This document shows, in pieces, positions 38,035 through 52,698 of a DNA stretch of 64,000 nucleotides (positions within the stretch are counted from its first letter, which is position 1; each line of letters opens with the position of its first letter). This DNA is from Octopus vulgaris. Its lineage: Eukaryota. The notes under the pieces were generated by a model. The model was given only the letters and a program-made list of their open reading frames with translations, was not told the DNA's origin and ran no database searches. The stretch is from the NCBI GenBank assembly GCA_951406725.2, contig OX597814.1:92752001-92816000 (forward strand). Reading direction: 5' to 3'. The position numbers and the translations under genes were made by a program.

Positions 38035-38702
38035 CGAAGGGAAGTCAAAAATTATCCACACTTTCACCATAACATATCTTTATTATTGTCACATTGCCTT
38101 CTGCGCATGTCTGCTTATAGTTGGTACTATTGTGGTCATGTGATTGAAGTGAGAGCCTGGTTGTGCCATTTTTCTTTCTGGCTTTACAGTGTAAGCATGA
38201 CCACTCCACTAGCAACGTGCACCAAAGAATTAAAAGAAGCAGTGATCTGATTTCTCTGGTCAGAAAGTGTGTCAGGTGCTGAAATTCATCAGAGGCTTTT
38301 AGCATAATATAGGGATAATGCACTACCACATAGAAGTGTGTATGAGTGGATCAAGAAGTTTAAAAGTCGCTGGACGAGCATGATGCATGAAGAGGGAGTA
38401 GGACGCCTGTAAACCTCCACCACTGATGAGAAGATTCAGCAAGCTTGAGAGATGGTAATGGTGAATCAGTTCACCATTACCATCTCTCAGATCATTGCTC
38501 TTTGTTCTTCTTTGGTGCACATTACTAGTGGAGCAGCCGTGATTACACTGTAAAGTCAGAAAGAAAAAGGGCGCAATCAGACTCAGACTTCGATCATGTG
38601 ACCACAATAGTACCAGCTATAAGTACCCATGTCCAGAAGGCAGTGTGATAATAATAAAGATATGTTATGGCGAAAGTGCAGATAATTTTTGACTTCTCCT
38701 CA
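38035..38702. mobile_element. mariner-derived foldback element with two inverted left ends
   Basis: ~210-bp inverted arms (38035-38250 vs 38490-38702), TA flanks, transposase N-terminus MTTPLATCTKE. Confidence 0.85.
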
Positions 38703-39743
38703 TAGATATTTATATTAATAGATCAAACTTACACAGAGTACAAACAACAAAGAAAATAAAAAGAATTGGAGAATGTAAGAATTTTGTAGCACAATAAAAT
38801 TAAGAAAATATACACCAGTTTAAACAATGTGGTTGTATGAAACAGCACCAGTAACAACCCATGATGTAACAATAGCAATGACAATAACTGTAATTGTTAT
38901 TTATTAACGTTGTTTTGAATTAATCATGCATTATATTATTGCTCCAAGATATTTCAATGATGTGATTGTTTATTTTTAGAATGGGATTGTAGGGTAGGTG
39001 TAAGATGCAGGATGTAACTAAATTTAGCATAAAATAGGTAGAATATTTGGGCCAGATATGGTCAGTTTAAATGCTAAAGAATTAAGTAATAACAAAGTAA
39101 TAATAGTCCTGTAGTATGACCAGAATTAGTCTTCTCAGCAGAAGCTCTCCATCTCTAGTTTGTTGTTGATGTTGTTTAGCTCTAGGCCTGCCCTATGGTC
39201 AACAGTGGTCTGACCATAACAACTCCTTAACTTCAGGCATAGTATATCTAGAATTAAATTATCCACTCTGACCTTCTTTATTTAAAATGATAGGATAGGA
39301 TTTAAGGGAGATTTGACTGTTGTTTCTATCAGATTTAGCAACCACTTAAAAACCAAGTTGTACTGATAAGAGGATATCAATCCATCTCTTTAATCAGCTA
39401 AAAACACTTGGAAAATTGTACAGTTCTTCAGTGACTTGTTACAATTAACAGGTGTTGTTGTTCAGTCTGATGTCAGCTCTGGTTGAGTAAATTTATGTTT
39501 AAAATCATTCCAGCTTTGATTATTACATCTTTTTAAATGTATCTAGGACTATATAGTCCAAAGTGTCTACCATTTTTAACATATTAGGGTGATTTGAGAG
39601 AAATTTAACTACTATTTCCAATCGATTGAGAGACAGTGTAGGTGTCACTTTATTCACTTGGACAACAAAATTTACTTCCCTGTAGCACTGATATGCCATT
39701 CCATGGATGTCTAATCATAAATGGCCAAGTTGATAGAGTATTG

Positions 39744-40302
39744 CAGGGGTTCTCAGCTTTTTTTTATCTATGAACCCCTTTGATTATTATTTTATTCTGG
39801 TGGACCCCCCATCACCATTTGATTTTTAACCCTTTTGATATCAACCCAGCTGAAACCACCTCTGGCTCTATAGTACAAAGGTCTTGTTTCCATAAGTTTT
39901 GAATTAAAATCCTCCACCGAAGCTTAGTCACAATTTCTGTTCCTAACACTAGCTGAATGGTAACTAAGTTATTATATTAAATTCTTTGTTATATTTAGAA
40001 TTAATTGAAAGAAACACAGAGCATCACAAAATATATATGGTAACAAAAGGGTTAAAAATTAGTTTTATAAATACTTCTTTGAAAATTCCTATTTTGTTTT
40101 TTATATATTAACTTTATGTAGGTTTAAACTGTGTAAAAGATTAGAGAAAGAAACCCAGCTGTTTTTTGCTATACAAACCAATACATACATCTAAAGTAAA
40201 ATTTTTTCAGGGGTCCTTAAAATATTATTGCAGATCACCAATTTACTATTTTGTTGCATGGGCCCCACAAAATTTTATATGGACCCCTGTTAAGAACCAC
40301 TG
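39744..40302. mobile_element. hAT-type MITE
   Basis: caggggttctca / taagaaccactg termini; 8-bp TSD gagtattg/tagtattg. Confidence 0.75.
39830..40051. mobile_element. piggyBac-type MITE nested in the hAT MITE
   Basis: TTAA-cccttttgata...taacaaaaggg-TTAA. Confidence 0.8.
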
Positions 40303-40502
40303 TAGTATTGGCTTATCAGCTGAAGCATTGTTAGTTCATTAGCACTGGCACTGCATCTGTGGGAAATATTCTTAACGTTTACTGGGTCAAGCAGTCTAGA
40401 ACATCAAGCTGGTTGTCTGATACACTATCAATTCAGTCAGCTATGTTATCAAATGAAATTGTGTATAGTGATAATTTTTTTTATTTATTATTACTTTTCT
40501 AG

Positions 40503-40585
40503 GAGATATTCCTCTTCATATTGATATTCGAGAAAAAAGTGACAGTGGTTCCCCTATAGTTGTATCTAAACCAGACAGCCCTCAG
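40503..40585 (+). CDS. NUBPL: NUBPL exon 9
   Basis: 83 nt, [28 protein letters not shown]; ttttctag / gtgagt. Confidence 0.96.
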
Positions 40586-41029
40586 GTGAGTAAACTCTGA
40601 TCTTGTTATAGAATGCTAAAATAAATATTTTACACCACCATGTCCACGAGGAGAGGCATGTGGCTTAGTGGTTGGGGTGCTGGATTCATGATCATGTGAT
40701 TGTGGTTTCAGTCCTGGTCTGGGTGATGTGTTGTGTTCTTGAGCAAAATAAGGTGGTTATTTTAATAGCTAGCCTATTTACATTATGTTCAGAGATACTT
40801 TATACATTTATTATACATATTGACACATGATACATATTTACTTTATATATGTGATGATATATATCATCATCATCATCATCATTTAATATCCATTTTCCAT
40901 GCTAGCATGGGTTGGATGGTTTGACCGGGGTCTGGGAAGCCAGGAGGCTGCACCAGGCTCCAGTCTGACCTGGCAGTGTTTCTACAGCTGGATGCCCTTC
41001 CTAACGCCATATATATGTGTGTATATATG

Positions 41030-41060
<31 letters not shown>

Positions 41061-41098
41061 GTATATTAGAAGGTTTAGAGATGATGTACAGGTATTTT

Positions 41099-41149
<51 letters not shown>

Positions 41150-41619
41150 CTTAACAGCATAAAGTTAGCAATAGCCTATTTACACTACATATAGAGATAC
41201 TTTATGCATTTATAATAAATATTGACACAATATATGGAGATGCTTTATAACTAACAAACTGGCATTCCATCAGTTACAATGACAAAGGTTCCAGTTGATT
41301 CGATCAACGGAACAGCCTGCTCATGAAATTAACATGCAAGTGGCTGAGCTCTCCACAGATATACATACTCTTAACGTATAAATATAAATATTTCTCAGTG
41401 AGATTCAGCATGACATAGAACGTAACAAGGTTGGTTCTTTGAAATACTGGTACTACTAATTTTTGCCAGCTGAGTTGACTGCTACAGTATGAAATAAAGT
41501 GTCTTGCTCAAGGACACAATGTGCTGCTGGGAGTTGAACTCCCGACCTTATGACCATGAGCAGAATACCCTAACCACTAAGCCACATGCCTTAACTTTAC
41601 ATATTTGCATAAGACACTT

Positions 41620-42266
41620 TATCATCATCATCATCATCGTTTAATGTCTGCTTTCCATGCTGGCATGGGTTGGACGATTTGACTGAGGACTGGCAAACCA
41701 GATGGCTGCACCAGGTTCCAATCTGATCTGGCAGGTTTCTAAAGCTGGATGCCCTTCCTAACGCCAACCACTCCAGAGTGTAGTGGGTGCTTTTATGTGC
41801 CACTGGCACAAGGGCCAGTCAGGCGGTACTGGCAACAGCCACGCTCAAATGGTGTTTTTATGTGTCACCTGCACAGGAGCCAGTCCAGTGGCACTGGCAA
41901 TGTCCTCGCTTGAATGTTGTTTTTCACATACCACCAGCACAAGTGTCAGTAAGGGAACACTGGTAATGGTCACGCTCGAATGGTGCTTTTTACGTGCCAC
42001 CAGCATGGAAGCCAGTTAGCTGCTCTGGCAATGATCATGCTCGGATGATGCTCTTAGCACTCCACTAGCATGGATGCCAGTCATCGAATTTGATTTAAAT
42101 TTCACTTGCCTCAACAGGTCTTCACAAGCCGAGTTTAGTGTCCAATGAAGGAAAGGTACGCATAAGTGGACTGGTTAAACCCTTGGCAAAGGCCACATGG
42201 TTTTGGTCTCACTAAGCTTGCCGGGTCTTCTCAAGCAAAGCGTATTTCCAAAGGTCTCGGTCACTA
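41620..42266 (-). mobile_element. RTE LINE 3' fragment
   Basis: ORF end (tatttccaaaggtctcggtc) plus 3' UTR and (GAT)n tail similar to copy 1. Confidence 0.85.
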
Positions 42267-42777
42267 TTTTTTTACAAAATGTATATTATAGACATTAACT
42301 AAAAAGACATGCATGATTTCTTTTGATAATAAAATAAAATTCTCTTTATGATGTTAACTGTTGTTACCTGATTAGAGTATAACATTAATGGTAGTCTCTC
42401 AATCCAAGGATGGTTCTGCAATTTCTTGCCAAACAACTTGTACAGGTGATTTGCTTATAATGATCAAATGTTTGTGCTGCACATAAATTCCCTCTATCAA
42501 ATTGGCATTGCCTGTACAGGTGCACAACATTCCACATGTCAGATGTTGAAATGATCACAAAACAACATGAAATTAAGTGTTTGGCTCAAAATTGCAACAC
42601 AACACCCAATACAGGAACTGAACCTACAATCTTGCAATCATAAGTGCAACACTCTAACCATCAGGCCATGCATTCTCACAGAGTATAGCATAAAAGCAAG
42701 ACATTAGATGTTGAGCATTAGATTCACTACATACTATGGAGCAAATAGCCAAAAACCTGCTCAAGCTTAATTGATAA

Positions 42778-43167
42778 TCTCTATGTATATAAAGCTGAAG
42801 TTGTCTGTGTATGGCAGGTTTGGCAGCCTTCAACTAACACTATCTCCTCCGAGACCCTACGGCGCAAGTTGACCAAAATTAAGAGTATGATAGAAGAAGG
42901 CTTGCTCTTCCTTCTGTAGAAAAAAAATTCAAATTGGACCATGTTAACACCAAAAATTATTTACATCAAAAAGGTGCTTTTTTTCTATGAAAATCCCTAT
43001 TTTTTACGATTTTTTTACTGCTGTGTTGCCATTTTTTGGTGTATTTCAACCAGAAAAATGTTCTTTAAAGAGAATAACAAGCTACATAATGCAAAATTTT
43101 TACTTTTCAAAAATTCCAATTCTAAAGGGTCGAAACAAACCCGAGCAACGCTGGGCAGTACTGCTTG
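42778..43167 (+). mobile_element. Non-autonomous Helitron (related family)
   Basis: TCtctatgtatataaagctgaagttg ... cccgagcaacgctggg...ctgCTTG-t. Confidence 0.75.
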
Positions 43168-43235
43168 TATATTATAGTAGCAACCTCTTCATGTTGTTTT
43201 TATTCTAACCATTTTTTCTCTTCTTTTCATTGCAG

Positions 43236-43295
43236 GCTAACATTTACAAAGATATAGCTGCAAAATTAGCTCAGAAAGTTTCAGAAGCAAATTGA
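43236..43295 (+). CDS. NUBPL: NUBPL exon 10 (last coding exon)
   Basis: long pyrimidine tract + tgcag; ANIYKDIAAKLAQKVSEAN-TGA; the ten exons sum to 960 nt = 319 aa + stop. Confidence 0.93.
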   Translation, partial: ANIYKDIAAKLAQKVSEAN

Positions 43296-45042
43296 TATTA
43301 AATTGTATTTGTCATTATACTTAGGTATAAGAATATTAATGCAATCTGTTGCATGGTTTGTGTTTCTGTTTCATTTTGAAACATTTATTTTCACATAGTA
43401 AGAACCTTCTTAGAACCATTGTGGTGCTATATGTTTCAATACTGAATGGAAAACTTATTTAACAATTTCAAGCATTGTAACTACCCACTATATTTGTAAA
43501 TAGCAGGCATAGCTGTGTGGTTAAGAAGCTTGCTTTGCAACCACATGGTTTCAGGTTCAGTCCCATTGTGTAGTACCTTGGGCAAGTGTTTTCTACTATA
43601 ACCCCAGGCCAAAATAAGCCTTGTGAGTGAATTTGCTTGACTATGGAAACCCATCATTTGTGTGTGTGTGTGTCCCCACACTTCACCACTTGACAATTGG
43701 CATTGCTTCATTTACACCCCTGTAACTTAGCAATTCGATAAAAGTGACCAACAGAATAAGTACTAACCTTAGAAAGTAAGTACTGAGGTCAATTTGTTTG
43801 ACTAAACCTTTCAAGGTAGTGCTCCTGTACGGCCACAGTCCAGTAGTTGAAACGGTAACTTAATATTAATATTAGGTTACCATTATCAACACCACAATTG
43901 CTGAGAGTATTTTGAATTGCAATTACTGGTTTCAAATTTTAGCACAAGGCCAGCAAGTCCAGGGGAGTGGGGTAAGTCAGTTACATCGACCCCAGTGCTG
44001 GTACTTATTTAAACAACTCTGAAAGGATGAAAAACAAAGTCAACCTCAGCAAAATTTGAACTCAGAACTTACAGATGAATGAATGCTACTATGCATTTTG
44101 CTTGGCATGCTAACAATTCTGCCAGGTCACTGCTTTAATGAACTTTAAAATTGGTTTCAAATTTTGGCACAAGGCCAACAAATCTGGGGGAGGGGGTAAA
44201 TTGATTGCATTGACCCTAGTGCTCAACTGGTACTTACCATATTTTAGTGTGTATAAGGAACACCCCCCCCCCCAATTTTGGGAACTTAAAATTTGGAAAA
44301 AAGGTTTTGTAAGGGATTATAGTACTGTCCATGTATAAGAAACTACCATATTTTTTGTATCCTAATTTTTGACAAAAACGGTTTTCCTTATACATGTTAA
44401 AATACAGTAGTTTATTGATCTCAAAAGTATGAAAGACAAAGACAACCTCGGCGAAATTTGAATTCAGAACTTAAAGGTGAATGAAATATTGCTAAGAATT
44501 TTGCCCAGCATACTAACAGTTCTGCCAACTCACCACCTTTGAATTGCTATTAATGATAAGTGATTTAATTGCAAATTCTAGTAAGCAAGTTAACTCTTCT
44601 ATGTTATCAAACACTTAATACCACATATTGTGTTCTATATAATGATTTAAACAATCTTTAATAAAGTATTGTGGATGTAAAGTTAAAATTCCTGTCTGTT
44701 GGCCAGCTAATCTTGTTGTAGCCATTATGTGAAGGCACATGACTTAGTGGTTAGCCTACTTCTCATAAAAGGTTTCCCATGCTTGCTCTACATGATCATC
44801 TGACCTGCTAGAAATAACAGTGATATCTTCCTCAAATCACATACTGCCATTTTAAATTACAAAAGGTCGTATTAAATAATGTATTCCTACGTACTCTTGA
44901 GAAGGTTAGATGATCATGTCTGTAATGCTTTAATCATAATTTGCTTAGTGATTGTTGACTCAGGGTTAAATGGCTAACAATAATTACCTATGGTTTCGAT
45001 TACTGGAAAACATTGATATATTAAAAAAAAATTGTCAAGTAA

Positions 45043-45406
45043 TCTCTATATATATAAACGGCAAAATGTCTGTGTGTTGGTCCTTTATACAAATCCACAA
45101 TTTTTCAGTTAGAGGGCTCGCACTTTCTATGGTCATTTAAAACCGTCCAAGGATGGTCATGCACATCTTTACATTTCTCCAGTCACCCCGCAAAGCGATT
45201 AAAAAATCAATAGAAGTGACTATTTTGTGAATTTTCTATTCAAAACCCAATCAAAATGCCCGAAACTTGATACGTCAATTGAATGCCAGCTAGCTGTATG
45301 TGATCGGTTAGAGATTTGGACAGTACTCGTGTGTATGTGCGCACGCACGCAGCTGTATATGCATGCACTATCACTATGACTCAGCAACGCCGGGTCATAG
45401 TGCTAG
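45043..45406 (+). mobile_element. Non-autonomous Helitron (related family)
   Basis: a-TCtctatatatataaacggc ... gcaacgccgggtcatagtgCTAG-t. Confidence 0.78.
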
Positions 45407-46302
45407 TTTCTTTATAAAACTGTGGCAGAAAAGCTAAGAACATTGTAAATCCACATTAAGAATGAATCATTCTGAGTTCAAAACCAGCGTATGGTAAATG
45501 TGTATGTGTAGAAATAAAACACTAAAAGATGACAAAATAGTAGCCTGATAGGAATATAAAAGTTGAGATTAATTGTTCAAAACTTTCAGAAAATATGAGA
45601 AGCTACTGAATCTTAAAATACCTGTAAAAATCATGACTATTTATAATAAAAATTATATTTATTTACTTTTTATTGTTTTTCATTATTTTTTGTTTTAAGT
45701 GCCAGCAAATGTGTCAGAGAATAGGTAGATTCTTATAAGCCAAGTCTGTTACATGTTTCTTTGATTCCGAGCTGGAAATATTGTACTTCATTTATATTAT
45801 TAATATCCCTTAGAAAAGCATGAATATCACCAATTCTATTTTCTCTCCTTTAAAACTATTTTTTTTTTATATGAATGAGAACAAAAATTTTCAAAACCAC
45901 TTCTGACACACACATTTTGTAACAATGTCCTCTCTGCACACTGTGCATATCTTCCTGCAGGTTTCCATGACTTTCTTGCCTCTTTTAAAATAGGTAAAAC
46001 ATGAGGTGTCAATAATGTTCATTTTGGTTCTCCATTTTCAGGGTGGTCCCAAGCACACAAAATACAACCTGTCTTTTTGCAAGTTCGTATCAAACTGTGT
46101 TGAAGTGTCAAGATCTAATGAGTGCACATGTGCAAGGGACAGATTGAAGTTAGCTACTTATTAGAGTGCTTGAAGTTTAGTGTTGACAAAAATTGAACAA
46201 ACTTTTTTGGTCAACTCAGTACATGCAATATATGTGTGTGCATAAATATATGTGTGTGTACATATATACATGCATACATACATACACACACGTATATATA
46301 CT

Positions 46303-47590
46303 AAAATTAACCTTGATAAGATACAGTTTGGTTTTGTGCCAGAGAGAAGCACTATCGATGCCATCTTCCAAGTAAGGCATCTGCAGGAGAAGCATTTAGT
46401 TGAAAATAAACTGCTGTACTTGGTATTTGTCAACATATAGAAAGTCTTCAACAGAGTCCTTCACTTCTTCATCTGGTGGTTGCTGTGAAACCTAGAGGTA
46501 GATGAGTGATTGTTGAGGCCCATGTACAGGGATACTGTCAGTAATCTGAATGTCAACAATGAGTACAGCAATGACTTTAGTGTGCAGGTAAGAGTTCACC
46601 AAGGATCTGAGTCTCCCAGGCCATAACGGGGGAATTTAAAACTGGTTGGCCATGGGAACTCCTCCATGCTGATGACCTTGTTCTTATAACTGAATCTTTA
46701 ATAGAACTGGAAAAGAAATTTCAGGTGTGGAAGCAAGGACTGGAATAGCCTTAGAGTTAATTTAGTGAAGACAAAAGTACTAGTAAGCAGGAAAGCAGAT
46801 AAATTACTAATCCCTTCAGGAAAACAGCCCTGCTTGATATGTAGAAAAAGTGTAGGTACACATTCCTAATGGTGTTCTCAGTACAAGCTAAGTACAGATA
46901 AGAGATTCAGTGAAATCATACGAGGTTAACAGAGAAAGTAGTGTTTGTGTGTTGTAGATGTGCAGGAACAATAAACACTAAGAACACAGGAAACAGATTT
47001 CCTCGAATGCCCAGGAGGTCCCTTAGTAGATAATCAAAAGAAGGACCTCTCCTTCAGGCTTAATGAGCAATGTCAGAGTGCATGTACAACAATGTATAAG
47101 TGATATTCTTTATTATGATCATAAAAATCACACATTACAGGACAATACAAATACATAGAAGAGTTTTTGTAAGTTTGGACATTTTTTAAAATTCCAAATA
47201 AAGTTTGTAAATTAAAAATTTTTATAATAATTTTTTGACGGGGAGCGCATGTGCCCAACAGCTTGTAGGGCCCAACAGCTATCCTGGATTTACAGGTAGG
47301 TAGGCTGGTTGTCAACAATGTATAAGTGTGTTCAAAGAATAACTGGGTATAAGAAGCATCAGCTATAGTGTGCAAGAGAGAAGATTGCATTGATAAGGCC
47401 ATGTAATGCACATGAGTGAAGACATCTGCATAAAGAAATGCCAATCGCTAAATGTGGGGGGAACCTGCAGAAAAGGAACACCTTCGAAAATATGAGATGA
47501 AGTGGAGAAGAATGACCTTCAGATGATATGACAAAGAACCAAGACTATTGGAGATTTGCTGTGCTTGAGAAGACCCACCCAGCTAAGTAA
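46303..47590 (+). mobile_element. Old degenerate RTE LINE fragment (RT to C-terminus)
   Basis: INLDKIQFGFVPERSTIDAIFQVRHLQEKHL; HADD; PHD remnant; many stops and frameshifts. Confidence 0.85.
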
Positions 47591-47932
47591 AATCAAGGCC
47601 TTGAAAGCATGTCCTTTGTGCCCATGCCCCACCACACAATCTGTCTCTGACAAATTTCTCCCCAACATTCCATCTCCCTAAACCTTCCCCACCCATGTTC
47701 ACCACTTACTGTATTTACCACACCCCTCTATCTCCCTCTCTCCATTCATAAACCTACTTGAACACATATCCCTGTCAAATCTCTTACCCTCAACATATCC
47801 TCCTAAAAACCCCTCCTACCTGTTTCCACTCACTATATTCCTCCTCCCCTCCATCTCCCACTCTCCTTTTACAACCTCACAACCTTATCTACCCAGTCAC
47901 CGTATCCAATGATTGATCCACTTCGTTATATA

Positions 47933-48817
47933 TGAGGTGGCATCAAAAAGTTCACAGACTATTTCTGTAGTGCTGTTAACAGATTGCAGCACACAGCTGT
48001 GTGTGCAGTGAGAGCTGGCAGTGACCTTCATGAGGCAGTGTGCTGACTGACATTGCTGTGATTAGTTTGCAAGTTGTGAAATTTGTGATTTTGAGGTGAT
48101 CATGTCTATGCTGTAGTCTGATTTTTTTCATGGACAGGAAGTTTTAGCAAAGAGCCAATGTGAAATTTTGCATTAAACTTAAGAAATCTTCTACAGAGAT
48201 GTTGAGCATGCTACCCCGAGACGAAGCAGCAGTTGTCACAATTGAAGAGCACTTCACCTCCACAATCAAAGAAGGTACAACAGCATGCACATAATTTTTT
48301 TTTCGATATCCATGGTATTGTGTACTGAGAGTTCATCTCCCAGGACCAGACCGTCAATCAAGAGTCCTACTGTGACCTTTTGAAGTGTTTGAGGGAAGAC
48401 ATTTTGTGAAAGCAACTGGATCTCTGGAGAGCGAAGAATTGGATTCTCCACGATGACAATGCATCCTGTCACAGAACTTTCCTCACTTAAGAGTTTCTCA
48501 CCAAAAGCAAAAAGGTATTGCTTCCACACCCACCCTACTTGCCAGATTTTGCACCTGCAGACTTCCATCTCTTCTCTAAGATAAAAATCCAGCTCAAAGG
48601 TCACCACCGCTATCAAGATCCTGAGTGAATCACGGAAGGTCCTCGACTTACTTATGGAAAATGACTGCCAGGCAGGATTCCAAAAGTGACAAGCACGCTG
48701 GGACTGATGTATTGCTGTGCAAGGTGACTATTTCAAAGGAGATTATGTTAAAACTTAGAAAAATAACTTATTTTTTATTAAACATAACTAGTCTAGGAAC
48801 TTTTTGGTATCACCTTG
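47933..48817 (+). mobile_element. Degenerate mariner element
   Basis: TIRs tgaggtggcatcaaaaagttc / gaactttttggtatcaccttg, TA flanks; WILHDDNASCH and PHPPYLPDFAPADFHLF remnants. Confidence 0.88.
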
Positions 48818-51800
48818 TAGACCTCCCTGTAACTTGGGTGTACACCCCATCACATTTTTACCATTTCCCTCTCTTTCTCTATATCCTTGCTCTATTCTCT
48901 TTCCAACTGAGGTAACTATGTATCTCTTGAATTGCAAGACACCTATTTCTCTCTCTCTATTCACATTCTAACTTCTAATCACCTGACACAAAACCACCTC
49001 CCTCAATACTACTCTCCACCCTCAAATTACTTGGTGACCTCCTTCCTAGAACTTCATTCATTTGTGCACATTACTCTCGTCAACAATATGTAAACCTTCT
49101 GTGGATATCAAACATCCTGTTCCCATTCTTTCTCAAAAACTCAATGACAGCACATTACTCCTACATGGAATTCACTATTTGCCTTCAAGAAGAAGTAAAA
49201 ACTATAGAGGATTAGTTACTCTACTAATCTGTGCAAAAAAAAAAATGAGAATTAAAACTAGTTATAACTTTGTTTTCCAGTTGCTGAAATAACTTTCAGA
49301 AATGAGACTTCAAATGTTATTGAATGCTCCAGTTTAGAACAAGTTATTTTGATTTTTTGGTACAAATCTAGTAAATGCGACTTGATAATTTTTCTATAAT
49401 TATTAAATTTATATTTGTATGTATACAAGTTCATCTTTTTTTTTTATTGTTCAATTATTATTCTGTTTTAATTAGTTTTAGTGCTTTGTTTCTGTTTATA
49501 TAAACAAAAAATTACAAAAATTTATCTGTTACTATTTTTTGTAAAATGTATGTAATTTTGTTGATTTATATCACTAATTACAACCAATATGTAACTAAAT
49601 TGAGTTACACATTTTCACGCAATTTCATACGAATGAATGATTTATAATATTTTATGCCGGTGTGTCGTCCTGAAAGCTGGTATTATTTTCATAAGGAACT
49701 TCTTTTCGGCACGACACTGATTCGCAAGTAAAATCCCTTACGAAATTATGAATTAAAAAAAAAAGAGAACACAAGAAAAATTAATAATATTTAAAAAAAT
49801 AATTGCGACATTTCATATGATATTTCTAAAGATAAAATTGATGTAAAAGATAATATTTTAAAATTACTGTAGTGGTTCAATAGAACCTGTTACCACTTGT
49901 AATGCTATGGATACAGTGTAATTATCTTTTGCAATACGTAAGCGGTTTGTTGTAGTCGTCCTCCCGAAAAGGCTTGGTTCTCAATGCAGTTAACTGAGAC
50001 TTTATCTCTCGCTCTCTACCAAGTATTTTTCCAATTAGTTTACATTTAGCAATCAAGACGTGTAACTTATGCACTTAAAGTATGAAATTCAAAAACCCTC
50101 GATCTAATCAAATTGCAGTTATTAGCAGCACTGTTATATGTGTAGTACTGTTTTATTTGCCGGCATTTAAGAAATACCGTATGAGTGTACGCGAAAATGA
50201 ACATTTGAAGAACTTGCAAATTAGAGAGGACTCCAAGTAAGCCCGATATGATTTTTAAATCGTTCAATATACACACAACACTAATATATTGTCATACTTT
50301 GCTTATGTATATAATATATATGCATGTATTTGTTGACTTTTGATCAGGATGCAAAGTTTCCAATATACGGGGACGGTGGACATATGCTGCAGGAATATCC
50401 GTTTTCTTACTCTCTTTATTGTTTGTTTGTTTGTTTTTTCCGACTAGAGGACTTTAAAAGTATAAATAGATCGGAAAATGCTTCAGTTGAAAATGGGAAC
50501 TGTTACAGTTAACATAAATGTGTGCGTGTGAATAACTTAGTTTGCTTTGCACAAGAATATAAGAGAAGTGGGAAATCTGCGGTTGAATTATTGGCATTAT
50601 ATATATATATTTTACATCCGTCCACCCTAAAAACATATTGTTCGTAATAGAATTAGCAAGGTCACTTGAAGTCGTCTGTCTTATCCTATATATTCTTTAT
50701 TGTTTGTTGTCTCAAGCAAAAATAGCATGGGAAGATCATAGGGATTAAAGAGAGTTCTAATTTTGCAACTGAAGAGTTGTTAGGGTTGAGCAATGACCTA
50801 TTGTCCTTACTCAATTTCTTCAAATGATGTGCATTTGTATAATTGTACCAAAATTGATGAGGGGCAACTTAATTTCTTTCTTTTGTAACCAATCTCTCTC
50901 TCTCTCTTCACTGAAAGGTCTCGTTCCTAAAAATTAAATTTTCTTTTGTTTCCAATCTTTTATGCATGACAGAAGGTGGACTGAAGTTCTGTTTATTGTT
51001 AAGATAGGTTAAAATGAATGTAAATAATATGGGTTTCGCCTATTTCTATCAGTTTTGTAAGACATTTATTAGATGGTTATAATCACAAAAAATGTTCCTA
51101 GTATATTTTGATACTGAAGAATTCATCGTATAACGTTCTTGCTTTTCTCATGAACATAAAGTGATGTAAAGTATCTTTCTCTCTCTCTCTCTCATAAAGC
51201 ACACATATATATCGTGGACAATTAAAACTTGAAATTGCATAGACCATTTACGACGCGGTCTTAATCAGAAAGGAAAGAAATAGAATTAAAAAAAAAAAAA
51301 TCACTGATCATGCCGCAGAAGTCGAACCATATATCTGTTAAATGTAGGGTTGACTGCAATAAATACGTAGTTCGCAGTTCAACTCTCGTGGAAAGATCTA
51401 TTCTGAGGTGGAAATGTTTTAATGTATATAGCCGAAGATTGAAACTGAGAGCTCGTCATTTGTTTACAGTTATAATTTAGATGGATTCTGTAAACAGTGG
51501 TGACACGCATTTACTGGTATTTTGTATTATATTGACTCACAAAAGATGAAAGGCAAAGTCGTCGTTCTTAATTTCTTGTTCCCTCTGACTTACTAATGTT
51601 ATGTAATTTTTGTAAACGACAGTCACCGAATTTAGGCTGAGAAAATATGTTTAAAGAAAAAAAAAGTGTCGTAGAAGTTTATTTGTATATTTTTGTAATA
51701 AGTTGGTTGTTGTGGAGCTCCAGGCCTTGATCAGTCAGACCTATGTGCAAATTTATTCCGTCGACGAATATATTATCATTATATTATCATAGTGACCTTT

Positions 51801-52163
51801 TTTTAAAAAAATAATGAGATATACTTTGAGAGAAATTTGGATGTTTTTAAAGGTAGGACGGAGAATATGTTTTGCCAAAAGTTTATGATGACAAAAATAA
51901 AAAAAAAATGAATACACAAAGATTTCTTATTTTATAAACTCGTTTAAATAAGTCTTTGTTTTTTTGTTTTATTTCGCCTTTAAAGAATTAATTACGTTAG
52001 TGTTTTGTTGTTCACAATTGTGTATGTTTGAGTTTTGTATGTTACTAGTAGAACTATATTAGGCACTGTAGTCCTTCCATGTTTGGTTGTTGTTTCTAGT
52101 AGGTTCAACGACCGCACAGAAGTCTGCATGATCGTCTTCAGGATAGTTTATGACCTGATACTC

Positions 52164-52200
<37 letters not shown>

Positions 52201-52201
<1 letters not shown>

Positions 52202-52586
52202 TAGCAGTATCGCCCGGCGTTGCTCGGGTTTGTAAGGGAAATAACTATATAAGCATTTTTAGAGAGTTATAGCCAAAAAATGCAATAAAAATGGGGAAAA
52301 AATGATGGTAAATTTTTTTTAAATCGTTGACTCATCGTAGACATTTTTAGAGAGTTACTTCCCTTATATAATAGCGAAAAAAATGCATTAAAATGGAATA
52401 AAATGATGGTAAATTATTTTTAAAATCGTAGACTCATCGTAGACGCGCGCTAATACCCAGAAGGGCTCGATATGAATCACGACTATAAGATACCCGCTTT
52501 TGGTTAAACTGCACCGCATTTGTGGGAGTAGTTAGGAATCTAAATCGTAGGAGACAGACACACAACTTCACTTTTATATATAAAGA
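52201..52586 (-). mobile_element. Non-autonomous Helitron
   Basis: 5' TC, subterminal hairpin cccgagcaacgccggg, 3' CTAG, A/T insertion site. Confidence 0.85.
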
Positions 52587-52604
52587 TATATATATATATA
52601 AAGA

Positions 52605-52698
<94 letters not shown>

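Noticed and set aside
40500-40505. NAGNAG tandem acceptor (tag gag) at exon 9
   Set aside because: GAG is a rarely used acceptor; no supporting evidence
43296-44670. NUBPL polyadenylation site (ATTAAA ~43297, AATAAA ~44660)
   Set aside because: Such hexamers are frequent in AT-rich DNA and cannot be assigned without transcript data
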